Positions 1 through 10,328 of a stretch of DNA of 64,000 nt are shown in pieces. Within the stretch, counting starts at the first letter, position 1, and every line of letters starts with the position of its first letter. Origin of the DNA: Squalus acanthias (Eukaryota); assembly GCA_030390025.1 (NCBI GenBank), contig CM059431.1, positions 105,340,001 to 105,404,000 of the forward strand, written 5' to 3'. Both the position numbers and the translations under genes were made by a program. A model generated the notes under the pieces. It had not been told where the DNA came from. It did no database searches and saw nothing but the letters and a program-made list of their open reading frames with translations.

Positions 1-929
1 TTCAAAGAAGTCTTCCTGGCAAGGAAAAATGTCTATTCGACCTACAGGCGCGGTCGGGGCTTACTGACCGTGGCGATAAGTATGGTCTTCGTCTCTTCTC
101 ATCTCATCTCATCTCTTCTCGGGCCTTTGGTTCCGATGCCGGTTACCAACACAGGTCTTCGTGACACGACACGAGGTAGATCCGAACGGATCACAAAGTT
201 CAACAGTCTTTTAAAAAAAGACACCAGGCAAACAGGAACAAGACGGCGAGTCAAGAACACAGGAGCAGCCACGAGGATGAACACCAGCAAGATAAGAGAA
301 AGATGGACGGCTGGAGCCTGCAATTATAGTACAAAATCTTCCGTTTCCCGCCCAACCTCAATGTCCCTTCCTTTTGTTAGGGTTTGGCGCTCAAATGTCT
401 TGTATAGGTGATCTCCGGTTTTAATGGGTTTCGGGGCTACTCGTAAATGTCTGAGTACCTGTTAATATTTCTCCCATTGTTTAATCGGTCGGTATTCTCC
501 CTGGAGGGGTTTTGGGGCCTCCAAGTGTTTTCTGTAACTACCCGCTAACGGCTCTCTCATCGTAGAGTCGTTGGGATTTTACATATTAATGTCTTTGGAT
601 GGGTTCTTGATTACTGGGTACAATAGCCTTTATTCGTACCTGGGAGACCGATTCCAGTATCTATGTGTATACTGCAAACCCAAGATGTCTCGTGTATTAT
701 CTTCGATGTGCTGAATCTTAATCGATCTTGCACAAATGTTTATTGGAACGCCATCTTGTCTGCCTGTCGAAAAGTCTAGAATGTTCCGCCACGAGGTGCG
801 GCGGCCATTTTACAAGCTGCTTGTGTCCACTTTGAAACCTGACAGCATTCTGCTGAAATAAAAGCTGTTTGAACGAAACTATGTGTTTTCTCCTTATTAA
901 TAAAATCACGATATATTGCGAATTCTACA
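1..929 (-). repeat. 3' LTR (partial; about 747 bp more expected left of the window)
   Basis: Identical to 11080-12008 except at 206/11285 and 908/11987; begins TGTAGAATTC on minus directly after a purine tract. Confidence 0.95.
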
Positions 930-940
930 GTCCCTCCTGT
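930..940 (-). promoter_or_regulatory. Polypurine tract (plus-strand primer site)
   Basis: Minus ACAGGAGGGAC abuts the TG of the 3' LTR. Confidence 0.8.
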
Positions 941-1376
941 TGATGCGAATAACTCCGCTTATCGTATCAAAAATATTGTGGTGAGCAATATTATCTCGAT
1001 TTTCTCCGAATCCAGAAAATTAATCCCATAACTTAAACTAGCTAGGGTCTTTGTGTCATCCTTATTTCCCAAGAAAATTACATTTTATAGCACCGTAGGC
1101 ATTATTTGCCTTTAAACTTACACCACTTGTTTTCCTTCCAGGCGTAACCAGGCCGATGCCTCTCGTATCACCTGTATATTCATCTTTTATTCAGGGAAAG
1201 GAAAAACAAAACCCAAAACCAAACAATCATTTTTAACTACAACACCATTACCAAAATAATCAACACCAACTCTTAAAACATGTCAAGTTCCAAACGTATT
1301 TACAGTCTTTGAAAATCATGATCGAGTACAAACTTTCGCGGCGCACGTGGCGAGCGGGAGTGACGGCATTTTCCGA

Positions 1377-3729
1377 TCACACGGTGCTTTCATCGTGCAC
1401 GCGCACATAACGTTCTCGCCACTCTCCCGTGTTTTCATGCTTGGTGAGGCGTTTGTCTCTTTTACAATGTACGACCAATAGGTATACTACAATAAAAACT
1501 TGGCATACTACTAAAATGTGGGAGGCTATCCTGATCCATGAAGGTACTTCAATGTTGGTGAACAGATTCCACCACGGTGGAATTACTATATCCAGAATGT
1601 CTGTCCCTCTTTCGACAGTTTTCTGCTCTAATGTGTAAAAATGTTTCTGTGACACCGCGACGGCTTTTAAAAGCTTGGTGAGGTGTTCAGGGAGAGGGGG
1701 AATGAGGTATCCGAAATGCGCGACGAATCGCTGCAAGTCGGTGAAATTCTCTTTTACGGTGAGATGAACCGTGGATGGTTCAGGGATTGGGACAATTCGC
1801 TGTTGTGCTACTTGAACTTCCGCCCGGGGTTTGAAACAGAAACTGCTGTCACTCACCGGACACCGGCTACGGTTTCCATGCTGGTAGTGTCGCGCTGCAG
1901 TGGTAACACAATATGTTCCACCCCCGATGTATGCTACCTGCGGAGGCACATGATCTTGTGCCATTGCCTCCATGGTGCAATTCATGGACTTGGCGCCAGC
2001 CGTTCTGAACCCGCACTGTGGTGTTAAAAAGGCATTCAAGTGCTGGGGACACAGTATTATGTGTGCTCCCCTGCCACGACAACCAGAGAGATCTGTACCT
2101 GTCATCGTTTGCTCCCAGCGGATGACGTAGGGTGGAACCGCTGCATAGCGAATGTGGGCTCCCCCCTGAATGACACCAATGTTCTCTACCCGATACACCG
2201 GGGCGGGCTTTGCTGTGTCGCCCAAAACTGGCATACGTAGTACTATACCCATGATAGTATGGTTTGATCGTCCGCAGTCCACGGGGACTGGGTATGCTTC
2301 TGAAGCTAGCCTGAGCTGGCACGGGCTTAATGCGTTCTGAAAAGGGTGGAGCGCCCGCAGGTGTTTGTTACTTATCCAGGACGGGACCAAACCTTGTTTT
2401 AAATCCTCCAAATTACTGCGGCCCTCGCCCAGTAACCACGCCCCGTAAAGCACGCACACCTCGTTCTGCGCAGCTTGATCGGATGCATTCCGATCTTCCC
2501 TAATCAGGGCATTTACCGTCTTTGCATGTTTCTCTAACTCTGCTATAATTTCCTTTAAATGGAGAGTCATGGCTTGGTCCTCGTGTAAACCCGACCCTAC
2601 CACTTTATTCTCATCTGTTAGAATGTCTTTTAATTGCGTCTTTAAACCATTAATCTGGGTCTGCAGATCCACACTGTCTAGAGCGTTGACCACAGATGTA
2701 CCTGTGTTGAAAGCAGTGAACGCGTCGTTCACTACACCCCTTCTTTGCCTCCCTACTTGATCCAAAACTTCCTGTGGTGCGGTGTACAAACTTGTTTTTA
2801 TCAATTTCCGCGAAATCGAATTCGTAAAATTGTCTGAACATCTTGGTCAACAGGACCTGATACAACTGTTCCGTCTTTTTGGGGCACCACTCTGGTAACC
2901 GTACCTCGGTGAGATTTAAAATCACCGAGGCCACCGCGTAGTGTACCCCCTGGAATAGTATCTGGTCTGTGGGGACCAGTACCAAACCATTCCCGGGTCC
3001 CTTACTAGTTTTAGGGCACCCTTCCTCTTCAGCTGGAACCACCGGAATCGTGGGCGGGGCTTTGCGTGGGCGCGTAATGAGTTCAGTGGCATTTACCGGG
3101 ATCGAAGAGTATGGGGCTCCGCACCCCCTGGTGCTCGCATCCCACCTCATCCCCTGTCCGTTATCCTGCCATTGATTAATGAAGAATATGGATATGCCTT
3201 TGGGGCAAGGGTACTTTGACCCCCACATGCATACATAAATTCCCTCATCCGGTTCCCACCATTTGTCCCAACAGACTCTCACTTGTCCGTTTGTCCCCGT
3301 AATTGTCCGATGGGTATTATTACCCAGTCGTTCCCACTCGACCGAAGAGTTCCTCATGTTTTTGCTCAGCTTTCGCAGCCACCACCATCGGCTCAATGGG
3401 ACATTCCCACTACAAGTCAAACAAATCCGTTTGCCGACGGTGACGCTGATCCTGGGTGCGATGATCCTTACTTTGGGGCACAGTAAAGAAGTCTCTTGGT
3501 AGGCAAACCCCGATGTGCTGGAATACTCCGTTGAGTTCGTTCCCAGCCATCCTGGCCACCTTCCCTTGTGGAAATAGGTGGTGGTCTCCTCAGCCTCCCG
3601 TCTTCCGGTCCCATCCACCGCGATGGGGGCCGTGTCCCCGGAGCATCCAAACACCACGACATCCTTGGTGCGGCCTCGATAGGCCAATCCACATCCGATT
3701 GCCGCGAGCAATACTAGAATTCGTTCCAT
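1377..3729 (-). CDS. env: Envelope glycoprotein, F-type class I fusogen with N-terminal Ig-like domain; ~783 aa after repairing one frameshift near 2795-2799
   Basis: Signal peptide MERILVLLAAIGCGLA (ATG 3729); furin site RQRR (2739-2750) followed by fusion-peptide-like GVVNDAFTAFNTGTSVVNA and heptads LQTQINGLKTQLKDIL; Cys-rich region; TM IASHILVVCQVFIVVYLLVV; short tail. ORFs 2650-3888 and 1377-2804 join if one A is removed from an A5 run. Confidence 0.88.
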
Positions 3730-3742
3730 CCTTCCTTGGTTC

Positions 3743-3765
3743 CTGTGATCAGATAGAATGAGGTA
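3743..3765 (-). promoter_or_regulatory. Putative env splice acceptor
   Basis: Minus CCTCATTCTATCTGATCACAG|GAACCAAGGAAGG-ATG: pyrimidine-rich tract and CAG 13 nt before the env ATG. Confidence 0.6.
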
Positions 3766-4026
3766 GCCAGCCTCGCAAGAGTCTCTGGCTTTTGTGAAGG
3801 GTGAGCGGGTCCCCTGACCTCGCCTCACGTAAACTTCAATGTTCGCTGAATAAACTTTAACTAAACCTATCTCTAAAGCTCCCATCATTTTATCATTTTC
3901 TGTTAAAATTAAACTACAAACTTAACCTTATTTAAAACTATAAACTTATAACCTTAAACTATAAATTTAGAAACCTATCCTAAACTTATTACTGTACAGC
4001 GCCGCCCGTTCCCAGGGCGGCCCCTT

Positions 4027-7000
4027 TTAAATTCTGAGAAGGCTGCTGCGAGCTCTTCCCGACGGTGGGAGGGCTCTGACCTTTTCCTCTGATCTGCCGC
4101 AGCCTGTTGCTGCACTGACCCCTTCCTCTGGGCTGCCGCAGCCTGTAGCTGCTGCTATGGGACCGGGCTGTATCTGGGCTGCCTTAACCTTGAATCTACG
4201 CCTTGGGACAGTCTGGGGCCATACCCACATCTTCCTGGGCTGGGGTTCTCTACTTGACCTACGGGGAGTTGTCGGGGGCAGGAATCCCATGACCGACGGA
4301 CCGGGTTCCGAGACTTCCATCGGGACGACCTGTGGTTCCACCACAGTCGCTGACTCCGCCTCCGCTGACTCCGCCTCCCTAACCTCGGGACTTGCAGCTT
4401 GTGGCTCCGCCCTGCTTGGCCCAGCAGGCGGCCCTTCACTCGCGATCCCTGCCTCCCCCGAGGGTGGGACGTTCAAAGCGGGCGGCTCGGGCTCGGAGGT
4501 TCTCACCGTCACTCCCTGTGTTCCCACAGCGGCTGGCTCCGCCTCCCCTAGCTCCTCCCTCCTGTGTTCGGGACCTGCAGCTTGTGGCTCCGCCCTGTGC
4601 GGATCTCCATCTGCAGTCCGTGTCCTCCCTATACCTAAAATGGGGACGCCCCTTACGTTCCCCAAAACCCACTCGCCTTCATCACTATCCTCATCTGACT
4701 CCCATCCCCACAAAAATGCTTCGTGATCTTCCAGGATGTCTCCTCCCCTGATGCAAGCTGCTTTGCCTGCCTGTGTGCCTTGTGGTCCGACCTGGGGCTG
4801 CGCTCCCCCACTCGCGGGGTTTACCCCTGTGGTTTTCCCTTGCGCACCTGGCTTGTACAGTTTGCACTGGTTTACATGGAACCACTTAGTGCGCCGAGGT
4901 ACCTTTACGGCGTATACCATGGGACTCGCCTTATCTACAATGTTGTAGGGTCCCATATACAGTGGTTCCAGACTCCCTACTCTGGCGTAGTTTCTGACCA
5001 TGACCTGGTCTCCTACTTCCCACTCCCGCGTTTTGCGGGGTTCCAGCAACAGGCGATTGCCCTGATGCTGCCTTCCCATGTTCCCAGCCGCCTGCTCATA
5101 AACCTGCTTCAGGCGCTCCAAGAGGGTCTGGGCGAACTTGTCCCTGCTTATCTCTTGGAGCTGACCCTCAGTGAGCACCGGCGCTAGCACATGGGTGGGG
5201 GTTCGCATGAGCCTCCCAGTCATCACCTCGTGCGGGGAGTACCCCGTACTTTTTGACTGACTGGCCCGGACCCCCATGAGGACTAAAGGCAGAACTTCCG
5301 CCCATTTTTGGGGCGAGTTCCTAGTCTCTTTCCTCAATTTCTCCTTCAGGGTCCGGTTCATGCGTTCAACAATCCCGGATGACTGGGGATTGTGTGCTAC
5401 GTGCCACTTCCCTTCAATGCCCAAAAGCATGAGGGTGTTCTGCATCACCTGGCCGGTGAAATGACTCCCTTGGTCTGACTCCACAAAACGGGGAAGTCCC
5501 CACCGCGAGAACACTTCCCGGACCAAGATTTTTGCAGTACCCAGTGCCGTAGCTGTTCGACAGGGGAAGGCTTCCACCCATTTGGAAAACACATCCACCA
5601 AGACGAGGCAGTATTTATAACCTCCCTGGGTGGTAGGCAGGGGCCCTATGTAGTCGATCTGTATCGACTGCCATGGTCCCTCTACCCTTCTTACGTGTCC
5701 CATGGGCACTTTCCTTTTCTGGGGGTCTGGGTTGTTTGCAGCGCACACAAGACAGTTTGCACAGAACTCGCGGACTTGTTCCCTGAGCCCTGGCCACCAT
5801 CCCGCTTGCTCTACCCGTTGCCAGGTAACCTCGGGCCCGGGGTGCCCTGCCCCTGGTCCCTCGTGAGCCAACTGGAGGAATTCCCTCCTGTGCTGCTGCG
5901 GCACAACCCACTGCTCCTCGCGGAACAGCATGCCTTCCTTAACTGAGAGGGTTGCCGTACTGTACGGACCCTCTACCTGCTTCCCCTCAACAATGGTTTT
6001 TAGGACTGCTTTTAGGGCGGGATCCTGGGTTTGGACGGTCTTAAGGTCCAGGGGCAATGCTACCCTGGAGTTCCCGGGATTCCCGTCCCTGCCTTGGATC
6101 GCTGCCATGGGTCTGGTCCTATAGGGGTCCCAGAAAATGCCGTTGCGGGCACCTTCCCTGGCTAGCGCATCCGCCTGTTGGTTGCCCTCCCCACGGGGCT
6201 CTGTGGAGGAGTGAGCTTTCACCTTATGGATGAAAATCTCCCCTTCCTCCCCTACTGCTGCTAGGATCTTTTCCAGCAAGGGCTTCACCGTTAAAGGTTG
6301 CCCGTCCGCGGAGGTGTATCCACGGCGGGACCAAATGGCCAGGTATTCCGTACACGAATTGCATGTGAACATACTGTCCGAGCAAATCGTGTATGGGGTT
6401 GGGAAAATGTCTGGGTGGGTAACAACGTACACCACGGCAGACAGCTCAGCCTGCTGCGCGCTCATGGTGCTAGGGAGCTTGATCGCCAGGGCAAGGTTTG
6501 CCGCAGGGTCATAAACTCCACACCCTGTGAGTCGTTCGCCAGCAGATACTGTGCTAGACCCATCAACATAAATCTCGCGCCCAGTGGGATGTATCCCGGC
6601 CCGCAAACCTATGTTGACGTCCCACACCCCTTCCACCGAACATCGGTGGGCTGTACCGGGGTATACCAAATTGGCCGCAAGCCTGGGCTCGCAAAGACCT
6701 TTTACTCTAAGATCCATCTGGGAAAGAAGAAGGGTCCAGCGCGCAATACGCCGCTTACGATCCCATCTTTAATCCTCCCATCTAGAAGCATCTTAGTTGG
6801 CTTGTGATGGGTGAGGAGAGTGATGGGAGAGAGCCCTGTGAAGATCGCTGATCTTTTCACAGCCCAATGCGTGGCTAAAAGGTGCCTTTCGCAATTGGAG
6901 AAACTTCTCTCCACATCCGTTAACACCCTGGATGAATAGACAACCGGCCTCAGCTTGCCGTGACGCTCTTGGAGCAGCACAGCGCTCAAGCTGTCCCCGC

Positions 7001-8519
7001 TGGCAGCTACCTCCAGGAAAAACTCCTTCCCCCCATCTATGGCCCCTAAGGCTGGCGCGGTCTGCAGATCCCTTTTTAACTTCTCGAAGGCTGCTTGGCA
7101 GCCCTCGTCCCAAGACCACTCCACTCCCTTATGGAGGAGTCGGAGGAGCGGCGCCGCTGTGGCCGCATAGTCTTCGATAAAATCCCTGCAGTAACCGGTC
7201 AGTCCCAAGAAGGACCTCACACCCCTTATGTTGTTGGGAATCGGTAACTCTTGCACCGACTCCCTCCTAGCTTTGTCTATGGCTCTTTCCCCAGCGCGAA
7301 TGGTCAGTCCCAGGAATTTTACTTCCTGCTGACCGATACGTGCTTTCTTAGGATTTATTTTAAAACCCTTTCTCGCTAGCAGCTCCAATAACTCGTCCAG
7401 CAGTGGTCCATGCTCCTCCCTTGAATCCGTAAATAGGAGCAAATCATCCACGTACTGCACTATCTGATTGGGCTGACTAAACTCCTTTAAACTTCCTGCC
7501 ATACACTGATGGAAAATACTGGGGCTATTGTGGAAACCCTGTGGCAGAAATTTCCATGTGTACTGTTGTCCTTTGAAAGTAAAGGCAAACTTGTACTGGT
7601 CCTCTCGCCGCAGCGGGATAGACCAAAAACCGTTCGAGATATCCAGCACCGTGAACGTGGTCGCGGACGCTGGGATACTCCCTATTAGGTCAGCAACTGC
7701 TGCTACCGTGGGCGCGCAGGCGGGAATGTTACTGTTAAGGACTCTGTAGTCCACCGTGGCCCTCCACGAATTATCCGGCTTCCTAACCGGCCATAATGGG
7801 GAGTTCACGTGTGTGGCTATCGGCCTCAACACGCCCTGTTGCACCAAGGAGGACATTGCTGTCTCCATATCGGGTTCTGCTTCTTTGGGGAAGTTATACT
7901 GCTTTTGGGGCCGGGTCATGGGGTCCCCATCTACGCTGACCTCAAACCCGGTAACCCTCCCACAATCGTGCTTGTGGGTGGCAAACGCGTGCATGTTATC
8001 TGACACGTACGTTTGCATGTCCGTTGGGACATCTGCGACCATAAGCCCGAGGTCGTAGCCTCCGGATGGCTGCATGGTACACAGGACCCCTGTTTCTTCC
8101 TCCCCCGGAATTACCACTACCTCGCCTTTTTCACTCTTAGCCCCCCAGAGACAGTGATTTCTGAGGTCCACGAGGATCCCGTGTCCTGATAGGAGATCGG
8201 ACCCGAGGATACCTCTTCCACCCCCCTCCTGCCATTCCATCAGTATGCACTTCCACTTGATGTGAAGTGCTCCCAAACGAATGGATAGCGGAAGGGAGAA
8301 CGCGCCAGCCTGTTCTTTTCCCGTGAACCCCGCTAGTGTGAATGGGACCTTGGTAGATAGCGGCGAGTCAAAAGGGCTATCTGTATGAATTACGGTGCAA
8401 GAAGCTCCCGTGTCCAACAAATAACTACCCTTCTGTTTCTCTACCTCCATCTCCACCAAAGGTCGCTTCCACGCATCATAGCTGAGCGGACACAGGTAGA
8501 CGGGCTGCGCGGGCTCTAG
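4027..8519 (-). CDS. pol: Pol polyprotein: protease, reverse transcriptase, degenerate RNase H (tether), active RNase H, integrase, C-terminal extension; one frameshift near 6750
   Basis: LLDTGAS; LDISNGFW, LPQGFHNSP, YVDDLL; tether FFLEVAAS...LLTHH; RNase H IYVDGS/AQQAEL/CSDS/HKVKAH/GNQQAD; IN HEGPGAGH...CLVC, IQIDYIGP, ESDQGSHF, GIVERMN, GPY. ORFs 6702-8459 and 4027-6717 join as ...GIVS/RIARWTLLLSQMD. Confidence 0.95.
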
Positions 8520-8522
8520 TCA
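8516..8522 (-). promoter_or_regulatory. gag stop codon in TGA-CTAG readthrough context, in frame with pol
   Basis: Minus CAA TGA CTA GAG CCC; the same frame stays open into the protease (8519 to 8459 is 60 nt). Confidence 0.75.
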
Positions 8523-10328
8523 TTGGGTACTATTAGACGGTCCTGCGGCACCTACGGGGCCGGTAGCAACCGCCACCTTTCCATGTGCACTCAATAATTT
8601 GCGCATGGCTCCCAACACTGATTCGAGGTCGTCGGGAGGGGTGGGTGCACTAGCTTCCCTAGCAGGGACAGGCGTCTGGGCTCGGGCTGCGGGAATTTTA
8701 TCCCTGGAATCCTTCCAAGGGTTCCTGCAGTTCTTGCGCCAGTGCCCTGTCTTCCCACACCCGTAACAAGCATTACTTGCCTGCGGGGCGCGATTACCCT
8801 CCTGATGCCACTCCCTTTGATACGGGGCTGCGGGTCGTACCTCATGTACTTTTCCCTTAAGGGGACGTGTTCCCATACCCCTTATATTGCGATATCCTAA
8901 CGTGAGTCGATTCAATACCGACTCTTCCGTAATGTTGGGGTCATTGGGATCAAACCATGCTTTTGCCTGCTCTCTGACGGCTGGTAAACTGTTGGCTACT
9001 ATGCACCTAAGCCAATGATTTAAACCGGCGCCGTCCATATCGTCGCGCTCTAGCGCACCTAGACAGCTGCGCTGATATACTGGCCACAGCCTGTCGGCAA
9101 AAACCTTCAGGGGTTCTCCCTCCATCTGCACTGTCTGTCCCACTCTAGCAAACGGACCTTCATCGTCCGCCCCCAACACTTCCAGGACCTCATTCTTTAA
9201 TGCCTCATAAGTCTTGGTTCCCCTCTTGCTCTCGTTCGAGAGACACTGAAGGATTGAACTGCCTAACGAAAATAACAGCATTTTTGCTGTTTCCCCATCA
9301 TCGCAGCCGTTGATAGCTGCGGTTTGCTCAATTTCTCTGAAATGTACGGAAGGGTCGTCTAACTCGGTCAGCTTCCGTACGTGATTTATCATAACTCTCA
9401 GCTGGTGTGAGCTGTGAGGCAACACAAGCTGGCCGAGGAGATCCCCTGGTTCCTCCCCACCGTTTCTGTTTGGGCCCCTTTTTATACCCGTTACTGGATA
9501 CAACGGTCCCTTTTCCACTTCTTTCTCAATGGGCTCTTTTGTTTCTTCTACTACTTCCTCCCTTACCCAGGTTTCCGAATAGCTGGGTGGCGCGGAGGGC
9601 GCAGTGGCTAATACTTCCTCTGCTTTACTTGGTGGGGACTTCTGAAACTCCTCTTTTACTAGCGGCTGGGGTGCTGACGGACTGATAAGGCACACCATGC
9701 CGTGCGCTTTGTTCACGGCCTTTTTGAGGTGCTCTATCTCTTTTTGGCAGGCGCTATGATCGGCCCCCTGAAACTTATCCTCAAGGGCCAACTTATATGC
9801 CGCCCTAACCCCCGTTAAGCTCTCTTCCTGAGTTCTTATCTGGGCAGCTTGGCGGGCACATCGTTCCTTTAGTCTGCCCTCACTTAACTTTGCCTCAGTG
9901 ACCTGACACTCGAGGTAATCTATCCTTGTTTTATGGTGACTGGAGATTTCCTGGCTTTCTTGGTGCAACGCACTTAAATTCCTAATGAGCAATTCCCCTC
10001 CAGAGACCTTCTCATCCATTTCTCCCTCTAAATGACTGATTCGAGCTGTTAGCGCTGTAATGACCTGGTTTGAAATCTGGACCTGCCTTTTGTAACACAT
10101 TAGCCAGACTGCTTTCTCGATTGTCTTTTTATGTTCCTTACTATCTGTCCACCTTTCGGCTGCCTCTAGTGGACTCTTATCCGCTAACAATTCACTTATC
10201 CATTTCTTAGTTAGATTAACCTTTCCGAACACATAATCTGCTATCTTTTCCTGCATAACATTTCGTACAGTCACACCAAAGTCTAACACACTACCCTCTC
10301 GCTGCCAGTGTCCTGCCGCGGTCGCCAT
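8520..10328 (-). CDS. gag: Gag polyprotein, 602 aa from the first ATG (alternative ATG at 10256)
   Basis: Intact ORF; N-terminal coiled-coil-like region; PSAP (9669-9680) and PSAPPSY (9579-9599); MHR-like QMEGEPLKVFADRL; zinc knuckle CYGCGKTGHWRKNC (8727-8768). Confidence 0.92.
   Translation of the reverse strand: MATAAGHWQREGSVLDFGVTVRNVMQEKIADYVFGKVNLTKKWISELLADKSPLEAAERWTDSKEHKKTIEKAVWLMCYKRQVQISNQVITALTARISHLEGEMDEKVSGGELLIRNLSALHQESQEISSHHKTRIDYLECQVTEAKLSEGRLKERCARQAAQIRTQEESLTGVRAAYKLALEDKFQGADHSACQKEIEHLKKAVNKAHGMVCLISPSAPQPLVKEEFQKSPPSKAEEVLATAPSAPPSYSETWVREEVVEETKEPIEKEVEKGPLYPVTGIKRGPNRNGGEEPGDLLGQLVLPHSSHQLRVMINHVRKLTELDDPSVHFREIEQTAAINGCDDGETAKMLLFSLGSSILQCLSNESKRGTKTYEALKNEVLEVLGADDEGPFARVGQTVQMEGEPLKVFADRLWPVYQRSCLGALERDDMDGAGLNHWLRCIVANSLPAVREQAKAWFDPNDPNITEESVLNRLTLGYRNIRGMGTRPLKGKVHEVRPAAPYQREWHQEGNRAPQASNACYGCGKTGHWRKNCRNPWKDSRDKIPAARAQTPVPAREASAPTPPDDLESVLGAMRKLLSAHGKVAVATGPVGAAGPSNSTQ
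10310..10327 (-). promoter_or_regulatory. Primer binding site, tRNA-Arg(TCG) type
   Basis: Minus TGGCGACCGCGGCAGGAC, complementary to GTCCTGCCGCGGTCG-CCA, the 3' end of a vertebrate tRNA-Arg-TCG as I recall it; follows the LTR end CCCTTACA after a 5-nt GAAAA spacer. Confidence 0.85.

Noticed and set aside
70..411. LTR ORFs (70-411 +, 99-323 -, 718-909 -, and copies at 11149-11490, 11178-11402, 10841-11029) as accessory genes
   Set aside because: Non-ATG starts and no recognisable domains; duplication only reflects the LTR. Not excluded, but unsupported
2790..2805. Programmed frameshifting in env or at pol ~6750
   Set aside because: No in-frame slippery heptamer with stimulatory structure; simple indels or assembly errors are more parsimonious
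3730..3888. 53-aa N-terminal extension of env from ATG 3888
   Set aside because: Signal peptide and splice acceptor point to ATG 3729; a foamy-like long leader cannot be fully excluded
4155..6807. Antisense and alternate-frame ORFs over pol (e.g. 4157-4726, 4723-5187, 6298-6807)
   Set aside because: Expected shadows of GC-rich coding sequence; no start context or motifs
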